64,000 nucleotides of DNA from Mobula hypostoma. Lineage: Eukaryota. Made by a program: the position numbers and the translations under genes. The stretch spans positions 26,846,001 through 26,910,000 of the forward strand of contig NC_086125.1 in NCBI RefSeq assembly GCF_963921235.1, read 5' to 3'. Shown here piece after piece: positions 1 through 11,300 of the stretch (its first letter is position 1; each line of letters opens with the position of its first letter). The notes beneath the pieces were generated by a model, which was given only the letters and a program-made list of their open reading frames with translations, made no database searches and was not told the origin of the DNA.

Positions 1-455
1 CAGAGATCTTGACACCCAGGAACTTGAAACTGCGCACTCTCTCCTCTTCTGATCCCTCTATGAGGATTGGTATGTGTTCCTTCGTCTTACCCTTCCTGAA
101 GTCCACAATCAACTCTTTCGTCTTACTGACGTTGAGTGCCAGGTTGTTGCTGTGGCACCACTCCACTAGTTGGCATATCTCACTCCTGTACGCCCTCTCG
201 TCACCACCTGAGATTCTACTAACAATGGTTGTATCATCAGCAAATTTATAGATGGTATTTGAGCTACGCTTACCCACACAGTCATGGGTCCATAGAGAGT
301 AGAGCAGTGGGCTAAGCACATACCCGAGGTGCGCCAGTGTTGATCATCAGCGAGGAGGATATATTATCACCAATCCGCACAGATTGTGGTCTTCTGGTTA
401 GGAAGTCAAGGATCCAATTGCAGAGGGAGGTACAGAGGCCCAGGTTCTGCAACTG
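1..455 (-). mobile_element. Rex/Babar(L2-group)-like LINE RT fragment
   Basis: [19 protein letters not shown]...TGAP motif. Confidence 0.8.
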
Positions 456-1234
456 GACGGAGGAAGAAAGGGGAAGATGAGAGCCAGAGGGAGGTAATGG
501 GCAGATGAGAAGGGGTGAAAGAGGAAAGGGTGGGGGGGCAGAAATCAATGGTCATGTCATCAGATTGGAAGCTACCAGATGGAATATGAGGTGTTGCTCC
601 TCCAACCTGAGTGTGGTCTCATTGTGGCAGTAAGCCGGCCATGGAAATAGACTGGGAAGTTGAATTGAAAGAGGTTCCAGAGGAGTTGGAATGTTACATT
701 GCAGTTATATGAGAAATTGGTGAGACTGCACTTGGAACATTGAGTTCAGTTTTGCTCACCCTATTATCGGAAGAATGCTATTAAATTGGAAAGAGTTCAG
801 AAAAGATTTACAAGGATGTTGCCAGGGCTCAAGGGATCAAGTTATAGTGAGAGGGTGAGCAGATTGGGACCTTATTTCATAGGAGTGTAGGAAAATGAGG
901 GGTGTATAAAATCTCCTTTGAACTTACCCCGCTCACCTGAAATGCATGCCCTCTAGTACTAGATATTTTAATGCTGGGCAAAAGACTCAGACGGTCTATC
1001 TATGCCACTCATAATTTTATAAACTTCCGCCTCTGATGTTCCAGAGAAAACAAGCATATACTCTCTAATCCAGGCACCATCCTGCTGAACTCACTCTGTA
1101 CCCTCTCCAAGGTCTCCACTTCCTTCCTGTACTGGGGTGACCACAACTCTACTGCCAGTGACTGGTCCACCCACTACCACAGTCTCCACATCAGGATCGA
1201 GGTTTGGACCAAATATTCCAAATCAGAAAACTAC

Positions 1235-1411
1235 CTGAAATGTGCTTTTCCTTCATCGCCATGGAAACCATGCTGTCGACAATGAGTGTGGCAGGGATCT
1301 TTTCGTAGGTTAGCTCATATGCAGTCAGTCTCGCCCCCTGATTGTAGGGCCGGGTCTCTGTGCAATAAACGTGTTTCAGGTGACCCAAAGCCCAGAGAGA
1401 TCTGATCACAC
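1235..1411 (-). CDS. MRI1: MRI1 coding exon 4 (GVIRSL...[16 protein letters not shown]...); downstream exons lie outside the window
   Basis: TTGACAG acceptor, GTAGT donor, 177 nt; [12 protein letters not shown] motif. Confidence 0.95.
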
Positions 1412-2191
1412 CTGTCAAGAGAGAGGATGACAAGCTGCATTTACATTACACCCTTAATACAGTAAAACATCCAAGATGGAGACACAAGAGACAGACTGCA
1501 GACGCTGGAATTTGGAGATGCTGGAGGAACTCAGCAGGCTGGGCACCATCTGTGGAGGGAAAAGGACAGATAATGTTCCGAGCCGAGATGTTTGAGGCAA
1601 CACGGTAGTGCAGACAGATCTTGGGAATGAAAGGGTTAATATATGAGGAATGTTTGTTGGCTCCGGGCCTGTACTCACTGGAACTTAGAAGAATGAGAGG
1701 GGAGAGGAGCTCTCTCGTTGAAACCTATCGATTATTGAAAGGTCCAAATAGAGTAGATGTGTAGTGGATGTTTCCAGTAGCGGAGGAGTCTAGGACCAGG
1801 GACACCGCCTCAGAATGCAAGGATATCCTTTAGCACAGAGATGAGGAGGAACTTCTTTAGCTGGTGGTGGTGAATCTGCAGACGTGGAGGCCAAGTCATT
1901 GGGTATATTTACAGAGGAGGCTGAAAGTTTCTTGGTAAGTAAGGGTGTCAATGGTTATGGGGAGAAGGCAGAAGAATGGGGTTGAGAGGGATAATGAATC
2001 AGCCATGATGGAGTGGCAGAGCAGACTCAACGGCCCAATTATGCCTTTATGTCTTATGGTTTTATGACAATGCTATTACACTGCCAGGAATCCTGGTTCA
2101 ATTCCACAGTTTTCCCTATAACCACATAGGTTTCCTCTGGGTGTTCCAGTTTCTTCCCACATTTCAAAAATGCTTGAATTAGGATTAGTAA

Positions 2192-3213
2192 AAATATTTA
2201 AGTAATTTTCCTTACATATTGGAGGCTGACCTGTTAGATACTATTATGAGTATGAATCCTTTGATTAAGGGTTCTGCTGGAAGAATTTATAATTTATTAT
2301 TACAATGGGATAAGCATCCTTTATCTAAGATTAAACAGGATTGGGAAAACGAACTTAATTTGACTTTTATGACGGAGGATTGGATGCGGATATTGAAGTT
2401 GGTTAACTCTTCTTCAATTTGTGCTAGCCATTCATTGATTCAATTTAAAATTGTACATTGTTATCATTTGACAAAGAGGCTTTCTAAAATCTTTTCTAAT
2501 GTTGATAGTCATTGTGATAGATGTAAAACTGAGATAGCTACACTGACACATATGTTTCGATCTTGTTCTATATTGGAACAGTTCTAGAAGTCGGTTTTTT
2601 CAACAATTTCTAAAGCACTTAAAATTAATTTACAACCTAATAAATTAACTGTGCTTTTTGGAATAATTCCTCAAAATATTCATGGTATTTCTGTGTCTGA
2701 CCAACGTGTTATTGGATTTGTTACATTGATAGCTAGGAGGGCCATTTTGTTGAAGTGGAAGGATACATCAGCTCCCACTTTGTCACAATGCTTCTCTCAA
2801 GTGATATTATGTCTTAGTTTGGAGAAAATTAGAAGTCAAACCTTGGAACCTTTATTTGATTTTGAGAAAAGATGGGGCTCATTTGCTCGTTATTATCATT
2901 TGAGTTCATTGATATAATTTTTCCACTATCTAATTGTAAATTTTTTAGTATATTTTCTTTTCTTGCTGGCTGTTTGATGTTTATTTTTAGAAGCCTTTTG
3001 TGTGACGCCTGACTCCGGGGTTGTACACCTAACGGGTTCTTTCTTTTTCTTTCACTTTTCTGCTTAGTAGGTTTTTTTTGTTATCACAAAATTTTTTTTC
3101 AATCTTTAAGATAATGTCTTTTTTGAGGCATTGTAAGTGTTGTTACTTCAATGTACTCATGTTATTTTTCCTGTATAATATAACAATAAAAAGATTTGAA
3201 AAGAAAGGAAGAA
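2192..3213 (+). mobile_element. 5'-truncated L1/Tx1-like LINE (C-terminal zinc-binding region and 3'UTR) inserted in a SINE
   Basis: QFKIVH...CDRCK...HMFRSC motif; A-rich tail with AATAAA; TSD AGGATTAGTAA (2181-2191, 3214-3224). Confidence 0.85.
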
Positions 3214-3612
3214 AGGATTAGTAAGTTGTGGGCATACTATGTTGGCACCAGACATGTGGGCTTCACCCAGCACATCCTTGGATTCTGTTGGTCGTTGATG
3301 CAAACATCCCATTTCACTCTGTGTTTTGATGTACATGTGAGAAATAAGGCTAATCTTTATCTTTGAAATAAAGCTGACATTCGCCCTAATAATATTAATA
3401 AAGCTAATATTCCAGAAACATCAATTGTTTATTCACTCCCCGCCCCCCCCATAGATGTTGCCTGACCTGCTGAGTTCTTCTAGCATTTTGTACTTGTTTC
3501 TCTGGATTTCCACCATCTGCAGAATCTTTGAATCTATTAAAGGAGAAAGTAAAGGGTGAAGTTGAAGTTAATCAGAGGAGCCAATCGGTGCTGTGATTTC
3601 ATGGGATCCTAC

Positions 3613-3782
3613 CCAGTGCAGTGCCATATCCTGCGGTTGCCAGGGAGCCGGTGTTACAGTGCGTGAGGATCGTCACCTTGTCCGTTTCCACCTTGGACAA
3701 GATGTGTTCAGCACCGTGGGATCCAATACTGTGGTTATCACGAATGTCCTTCTCCATCATGGACTCGATTCTGCAAATCAGA
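3613..3782 (-). CDS. MRI1: MRI1 coding exon 3 (...[21 protein letters not shown])
   Basis: AAACAG acceptor, GTAGGA donor, 170 nt, phase-compatible with neighbours; catalytic [10 protein letters not shown] motif (not in the ORF track). Confidence 0.95.
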
Positions 3783-4374
3783 CTGTTTGATTGGAAAAAA
3801 GATGCTTCAGAACATAGAACAGTACAGCACAGGAAAAGGCTCTTTGCCCATAAAATTCAAAGTAAATTCATTATCAAAATACATATAGGTCATTATACAT
3901 CGAGATTCATTTTCTTGCAAACATTTACAGGAAAACAGAGAAATACAGCAGAATTTATGGAAAACCTAAACAAAGACTGACAAACAACAAATGTGCTAAA
4001 AAGGACAAATCATGCAACTTGATAGAGGTGTACAAGATGATAAAAGGGATAGATCAAGTGGACAACCAGAGACTTTTCTCCAGGGTGGAAATGGCTAATA
4101 CGAGGGGCATAATTTTAAGGTGATTGGAGGGAAGTATTGGGAGGATGTGAGAAGTTAATTCTTTGACAGAGAGTTGAATGCGCTTCCAGGAGTAGTAGAG
4201 GCAGATACAATGGGGACACTTAAGAAATTCTTAGATAGGCACATGGTTGATAGAAAAATGAAGGGTTAGGTTGGAGGGAACAGTTAGATTGGTCTTAGAG
4301 AGATTATTTCTGAGATCAGGAATTTGGAGCAAGGATACAGCTGGAAATAATAATTGAATTTCAACATTTGGCAT

Positions 4375-4660
4375 GTATTTTATTTATTTATTGAGATACA
4401 GTATGGAAAAGGCCCTTCCAGCCCTTCAAGCTACGCTGCCCAGCAATCACTCGATTTAATCCTAGCCTACTCACGGGATAATTTACAATGACCAATTAAC
4501 CTAACAACAGGTAGGACAATGGACTGTGGGAGGAAACTGGAGCACCCGGAGGAAACCCATGCGGTCATGGGGAGAATGTACAAACTCCTTACAAGCAGTG
4601 GCAGGAAACAAACCCGGATCGCCTGCACTGTAAAGCACTGTGTTGTCTACGCTACTGTGC
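4375..4660 (-). mobile_element. tRNA-derived V-domain SINE with CR1-type tail; further copies at about 10225-10450, 14650-14900, 32293-32570 and 40250-40690
   Basis: GGTTTCCTCCGGGTGCTCC core, tRNA-like head, (AAAT)n tail. Confidence 0.8.
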
Positions 4661-4805
4661 AGTGTCTGTGAAAAGAAAAACAGTTACTATTCCAGTGCTT
4701 TTAGTAGCTAATCCAGTTATTTAACCTTGACATCTCCATAATCCTTCGATGAAGTTATGCCTACAGTACACACAAGGGAGGAGTTAGCCACTGGCTGGAG
4801 CTCAC

Positions 4806-5041
4806 TTTTCTTTGAAGTTCTCCAGAGTGGAGTCTGTCCGCTTGACCTCTTGTGATATAAATTCAGCTAGGTGCTGGGCCGCCCTTGCCATATTGACAGC
4901 CGTGGGCCTGGCAGTTACAAGATAGTCCAGCGACTCCAGAGCAAAGGTTGCGATGGATTCCTTGTCGAGGTCCTTTCTCCCATGAAGCTCTACGGCCAGA
5001 CTCAAACACCCAACGATGGCAATGGCTGGGGCACCCCGTAC
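4806..5041 (-). CDS. MRI1: MRI1 coding exon 2 (VRGAPAIAIVG...ARPTAVNM...)
   Basis: TTTGCAG acceptor, GTGAG donor, 236 nt; VRGAPAI and RPTAVN motifs of the MRI1/eIF2B-alpha-like family. Confidence 0.95.
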
Positions 5042-5509
5042 CTGCAAAGAGTTCAAAGGTTACACAGAGTACAACACAGAGGGAGTGAACAGGGAGTTGC
5101 CTAGGAGAGCAAGGTCATCGGTGGTTACAAGATGGCCCCTCTCTAATGAATCACACAGTGGTGTCCTGAAGATGTGAAACCCCAACACCAAAAAACTGCA
5201 AGCACTGAGTGGGAGATTTTCAAACTTCAAAGTAGAATATGTTCTTGCAGGAATTTATGGGAAGAAAAAATACAACGGAATTTTATGAAGAACTGTACAT
5301 AAATAGATAAAGACTGATAATCAATGTTCAAAAGAAGACAAACTCTGCAAAAAATACTGAGAACGAGTTGTAAAGAGTCTTTGAAAGCCAGTCTGTAGCT
5401 CGTAGAACATTATCCCTTACCTTTCCTACTCTAACCTTCCAAGTTTTCCCTCCTTTCCACCCTACTTCTCCCCTTCCAATTCTCCTCTCCATCTTTCCCC
5501 TCTTCTTAA

Positions 5510-6613
5510 ACACAAAATACTCTGCAGATGCTGGGGTCAAAGCAACACTCACAACACGCTGGAGGAACTCAGCAGGTCGGGCAGCATCAGTGGAAACGAT
5601 CAGTCAATGTTTCAGGCCGGAACCCTTTGTCAGGACTGTAGAGGGAAGGGGCAGAGGCCCTATAAAGAAGGTGGGAAGGAGAAGGCTGGTAGGTTCCAGG
5701 TGAAAAACCAGTAATGGGAAAGATAAAGGGGGGGAAGGGAGGCAGGGAGATGATAGGCAGGAAAGGTGAAGAAGGAATAGGGGAAAACACAATGGGTAGT
5801 AGAAGGAGGCAGAACCATGAGGGAGGTGATAGGTAGCTGGGGGAGGGGGCAGAGTGAAATAGGGATAGGGGAAGGGAATTACTGAAAGCTGGAGAATTCC
5901 ATGTTCATACCAAGGGGCTGGAGACTACCTAGACGGTATATGAGGTGTATTCACTTGTGAGTCTGCTGGGGTCATCTATTGCATCCGGTGCTCCCGGTGC
6001 AGCCTCCTCTACATCGGTGAAACCCGACGCAGATTGGGGGACCGCTTCGTCGAGCACCTCCGCTCCGTCCACCACAACAGACAGGATCTCCCAGTAGCCA
6101 CCCACTTCAACTCTGCTTCCCACTCCCATTCAGATATGTCCATACATGGCCTCCTCTACTGCCATGATGAGGCTAAACTCAGGTTGGAGGAGCAACACCT
6201 CATATACCGTCTAGGTAGTCTCCAGCCCCTTGGTATGAACATAGAATTCAACAACTTTCAGTAATTCCCTCCCCCTCCCTTCCCCTATCCCTATGTCACT
6301 CTGCCCCCTCCCCCAGCTGCCTATCACCTCCCTCATGGTTCTGCTTCCTTCTACTACCCATTGTGTTTTCCCCTATTCCTTCTTCACCTTTCCTGCCTAT
6401 CCCCTCCCTGCTTCCCCTCCCCCACCCCTTTATCTTTCCCCTTACTGGCTTTTCACCTGGAACCTACCAGCCTTCTCCTTCCCACCTTCTTTATAGGGCC
6501 TCTGCCCCTTCCCTCTTCAGTCCTGACGAAGGGTTCCGGCCCGAAACGTTGACTGATCGTTTCCATGGATGCTGCCCGACCTGCTGAGTTCCTCCAGCGT
6601 GTTGTGAGGGCTG
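5510..6613 (+). mobile_element. Penelope-like element: 3' GIY-YIG fragment plus terminal repeat, with an inverted copy of the terminal repeat at its 5' end
   Basis: Open frame 5950-6264 FTCESAGVIYCIRCSRCSLLYIGETRRRLGDRFVEH (GIY-YIG); inverted arms about 5540-5948 / 6195-6617; flanking direct repeat CTTTCCCCTCTTCTTAA at 5493-5509 and 6614-6630. Confidence 0.9.
6517..6556 (+). ncRNA. Minimal type-I hammerhead ribozyme motif in a Penelope terminal repeat
   Basis: TCAGTC (stem I) CTGACGA A GGG-ttccgg-CCC (stem II) GAAAC GTT GACTGA (stem I'). Confidence 0.75.
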
Positions 6614-6847
6614 CTTTCCCCTCTTCTTAATGCCCTCTCCTCCACCTCCGAGACCCCAGTTTTCTAGTTTCCCCTTCCCGCCATGTCCCCTTTCTTCTCC
6701 CTTTCACTCTTCCCTCTCTCTCCCCACTTCCTCCCTCCCCTCTTCCTCTGCCTCTCCCTCCACTCACACAGTGCCTCCTCCCTCACACACGCACCCTCTC
6801 CCCCTCTCCTCCTCCCCTGCCCTGCCCTGCCCTCCCCGAGTCCGTAC

Positions 6848-6979
6848 TCTCATCTCCCGGATGGCCTCCCAGCCGGCGCGGACACCGCCGATCGGCCGGT
6901 ACTCGCTGCGCTGCGGTAGCAGCAGCTGGTCCAGGACGCTCAGGCTGCCCCGCCGGTAGCGCAGTGCCTGCAGGCTCAT
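6848..6979 (-). CDS. MRI1: MRI1 coding exon 1 ([44 protein letters not shown])
   Basis: ATG at 6979 in a CpG-rich region; 132 nt; GT donor (AGA|GTACGG); contains the MRI1 N-terminal LDQLLLP motif. Confidence 0.95.
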
Positions 6980-7110
6980 GGCCGCCGACCTGACCCGCGC
7001 CGCAGCCGGAGACGAAGAAACTGCGGACGGGAGGAGGAGCCGGATCACTCGTCGTGTGACGTGTTTCTGTAGGTGCCGGGGTCGTGGGATTCCCAGAGTG
7101 GTTTCAGCAA
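6980..7110 (-). promoter_or_regulatory. MRI1 5'UTR / CpG-rich promoter
   Basis: Dense CpG from about 6830 to 7085 in an otherwise CpG-poor window; CRE-like GTGACGT near 7036. Confidence 0.55.
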
Positions 7111-8804
7111 GTTGTTGATGTGGACTTCGGTCCATGTCGGTGCAAACAACAGAAGCAGAACAAACGATAAGGATCTGCAGACTGAGTAGAGGGAGTTGGG
7201 TCAGAAATTAAAATGCACAACGTTAATAGTAGCGATCTCTGGATTATGTGGATGGTTGAGAGGAAGGGGCAGGTCCACCACTCCCGACTGCTCAGCAATT
7301 GCGGAAGGAATCAGGAGCACCAAGTTTCTTGGGGCACGCATCACCGACGATCTAACCTGGTGAATCAACACCACCTCTTTTGTCAACAAAGAACATCATC
7401 GTCTCCGCTTCCCGAGGAGATTGAGCTGAGATCCCTGCCCCGATTCTACCCGAGCACCATCAAGAGCGCACTGACCAAGCTGTATCAGTGTTGGGATGGG
7501 AATTGCGAGGCATCGGACCTCAAGACCCTGCAACAGATTGTGAGGACTACTGAGAGAATCACTGGGGTCTTTCCACCCCCCACCCCCGCATCCAGGACAT
7601 ACACCAGAAATGCTGACTTTGCAGAGCCCTCAGCATTGTCAAGGAACCCACCCCTCCCTTCCATCCCACAATCTCTTTGACCTCCCATCAGCAGATAGAA
7701 GGTACCGCAGTATAAGAACAAGTAATTGTTAGCTGGGTCACAGCTTCTTCCCCCAGCCCGTGAGAGCTCTGAGCACCCAGTACACATTATTTATGAGAGT
7801 GTCAGTAGCAGTATACTGTACTGTTGTATATTTAACTATATGTCGTAAATGTACTTTATGTCACCTTGTACATCGACAGAATTCTTGTTTAAATCTGTGA
7901 ATATTGTGTTAATAATTATTTTATGTACTGTATATGTTATATGTACTGTGACCCTGAGGAACATAGTTTCATTTAGCGTATTCGGGTCGACAGTTGAATG
8001 ACAATAAACTTCAGCTTGAACCTGAGAGGGGCAGGACTGGCAGCTTAATGTTGCAGGATCCTGATGTTTTAGGTATAACAGAGGAACGGGTGTTACCTTT
8101 TTGACAAGGAGGACCTAGCAGCTGTGCTTAGGGGGAATATTCTTGAGGGATAATCTATTTGGGTAAAATGTAGAAATAAGGAGGAGATGGTCACCTTGGT
8201 AGGGCCAGATTACAGATCCCTCCAATAGTCAGTGGGAACTTGAGGAGCAGATGTATTGAGAAATCGTACATAGTTGTGAGAATCTGTCATTGTTACTCGG
8301 GTTCCCAAGTCTAGGGAAGATCCTACTCCCTTAGAAGTTTGTGCAGTTTTGACATTTCATCTAAAACTTTGACAAACTTCTATAAATGCACATTGGATCA
8401 TATCCTGTCTGGTTGCATCACGGCCTAGTATGGAAATAACAATGTCCAGGAACTGAAAAGCCAATAAAAAGTAATGGATACAGCCCAGTCCTTCTCAGGA
8501 AAACACTCCCCATCATTGAGCACATCCACAAACACTGCCACAAGAAAACAGCATCCATCATCCAGGTCATGCTCTCTTCTTGCTGCTGCCATTGGTAAAG
8601 AGGTACAGGAGCCTTAGGTCCCACACCACTAGGTTCAGGAACAATTATTAACCTTCAGCCATCAGGCTCCTGAACCATAGTGGATAACTTCACTTACCTC
8701 AACTCTGAACTGATTCCACAAGGACTCCACAACTCATGTTCTCAGTATTATTAATTTTCTTATTTATTTTTTGTTATTTCTTTGCTTCACTCGATCTGCA
8801 ACAG

Positions 8805-9335
8805 GCAGGATTTTCCAGTGTCCAACCATTTTCAGTTCCACTGTCCGTTCCCATGAGTCTGCCCATGGCCTCCTCTGCTGCTACAATGACACCACTCTCA
8901 GATTGGGGGAGCAACACCTCATATTCTGCCTGAGTAGTCTCTAACCTGATGGCTTGAGCATCAATTCTAGTAATTTCCCCCCCTCCCCCTTCTCTGCTTT
9001 TCCATTCCCCATTCTGGCTCCCCTCTTATCACTTATCTTTGTGTCCTTCCCTTTCCCCAATTGTCCACTCTCCTCTCCCTCCAGGTTCCTTCTTCTTCAC
9101 CTCTTCAACCTATCACCTCCCTTCTCCACCCAGCCACCTTCCCACTCACCTGGCTTCATCTATCACCTTCCAGCTTGTATTCCTCCCACCGCAACCTCAA
9201 CCTTGTTATTCTGGCTTCTTCCCCCATTGTTTTCCAGCCCTGATGAAGGGTCTTGGCCTGAAAAGTTGATTCTTTATTCATTTCTATAGATGCTGCTTGA
9301 CCTGTTGAGTTCCTCCACTATTTTGTGTGCATGTT
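8805..9335 (+). mobile_element. Degenerate Penelope-like 3' end/terminal repeat
   Basis: Similar to 6090-6610; CTGATGA...GAAA remnant at 9240-9263. Confidence 0.7.
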
Positions 9336-10479
9336 TCCAGTGGGATTTATTGTTTCAGAGCAGTAGTACAATGCAAAGACATAAAATTACTACAAATTAC
9401 ATAAATAGTACTTAAAAATAGAATAGCACAGTCTGTTCAGAAATGTGATGGTGGAGAAGACATTGTTTCTGAATCAATGAGTGTGGGTTTGCAGGCTCCT
9501 ATACCCTGTCCCTGATGTCAGTAAATTCAGCTTGAAACCACACAAAATCCAGTAACAACAAAAAAAGCTGCTTTTTTACTTTTATTAAAATCAGTAGACA
9601 TTAGTTTCAGGAACAATCAAGTCCCTTCATCAGTCAGTATGAAATTACAAAAAAATGTTTCGACCAAATGCGTTTTTAGATATTTATTCTCAAAATATCA
9701 GTAGCACAACCAATCTTCTACATACGATTTTCTACAAATCTACAGCAATAAATGTTTCAGTGATACAAACTAGATACCAGTGGAAGATGAATCCAGCTGT
9801 TTCAGCCATTAGTTTGCTTTGATGGTGGCAAACATATGACCTTTGTTCTGTTTCTCTCTCCACAGATGCTGCCTGCCCAGCTGAACATTACTCCCATATT
9901 TTATTCTTCATTCTGAACTCTGGTATTTTCACTACGTTACAGCAACATCAATTTACTCTGAAAACAAGAGCCTAAAGAATGGAGGCAACTGAAATTACAG
10001 TAACCTCACTGCTCAATAAGTGCAGGCTGACTTTCCCATTGAAACACAGCATGCCAAGGACAGTGCCATGTGACCACATGGACAAAATCCCTCCAACACC
10101 ATCAGTACCCTGGTCCTGAAGCTTGATTTACGGCAGAGCTACCCAATCATTTCCAATCTGGTTGTCACTATGTACCCAGGAGAATATTTAGAGGTCCTGC
10201 AATGGAACAGTACCTTTTTAAATTTTATTTTTATTTAGAGATACAGCATGGCAACGGTCCCTCCAGCACCACCCAATTACACCCACATGACCCAACCCAT
10301 ATGTCTTTGTGGGAGGAAACATGAACACCCAGAGGAAACCCACGTGGTCGTGGGGAGAACGTACAAGCTCCTTACAGAAAGTGGCCAGAATTGAACACAG
10401 CCGCTGGCACTATAACAGCGCCACTATGACCACTATGCTGTTGCGTTGCCCGTAGACTGGTCTTCAAGCTTGATTGACA

Positions 10480-11300
10480 GGAGAACTACACGATCAGAAG
10501 CTGGTTTAATACCACTGGCACATTTTGTGGCAGCAGTACATTGCAATACATAATAATGAAATAACCATAAATTACAATAAGAAATATATTTTAAAAATTG
10601 AATTAAGTATTGTAAAAAGAGAGAAGAAAAAATATTGAGGTAGTGTACATGGTTGTTCATTGTCCATTCAGAAATCTGATGGCAGAGGGAAAGGAGCTGT
10701 TCCTAAAATGTTAAGCATGTGTCTTCAGGCTCCTGTACCTCCTCCTTGATGGTAGCGATGAGAAGAGGACAGAAGCTGGGTGATGGGGGTCCTTAATGAT
10801 GGATGCTGTCTTTTTGAGACATTACCTTTTGAAGATGTCCTGAATGCTGTGGAGGATAGTGCCCATGATGGAGCTGGAGTTTGTATCTTTCTGCAGCTTT
10901 TTCCAATCCTGTGCAGTTGCCTCTCCATACCAGACAGTGATGCAACCAACTACAATGCTCTCCATGGTACATCTGTAGAAATTTGCAAGAACCTTTGGTG
11001 TCACACCAAGTCTCCTCAAACTCCTGATGAAATATAGTTGCTGTCGTACCTTCTTTGTAATTACAATATGTTAGGCCCAGGATAGATCTTCAGAGATGTT
11101 AACGCCCAAGAATTAGAAACTGCTCACCCTTTCCACTGATAATCCCTGGAAGAGGATTTGTGTGTGTTCCCTCAACTTCTCCTTCCTGAAATCCACAATC
11201 AATTCCTTGGTCTTACTGACATTGAGTAAAAGGTTGTTGTTGCAACACCACTCAACCAGCTGATCTATCTTACTCCTGTACACCTCCTCGTCACCAGGTG
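10480..11300 (-). mobile_element. Rex/Babar-like LINE 3' fragment
   Basis: NNLLLNVSKTKELIVDFRK and LANFYRCTMESI...ITVWYG motifs. Confidence 0.8.

Noticed and set aside
6980-7135. 52-aa N-terminal extension of MRI1 in the ORF track
   Set aside because: Homology starts at MSLQAL (6979, good Kozak GCCATG); the upstream start is a non-ATG codon at the edge of a LINE fragment
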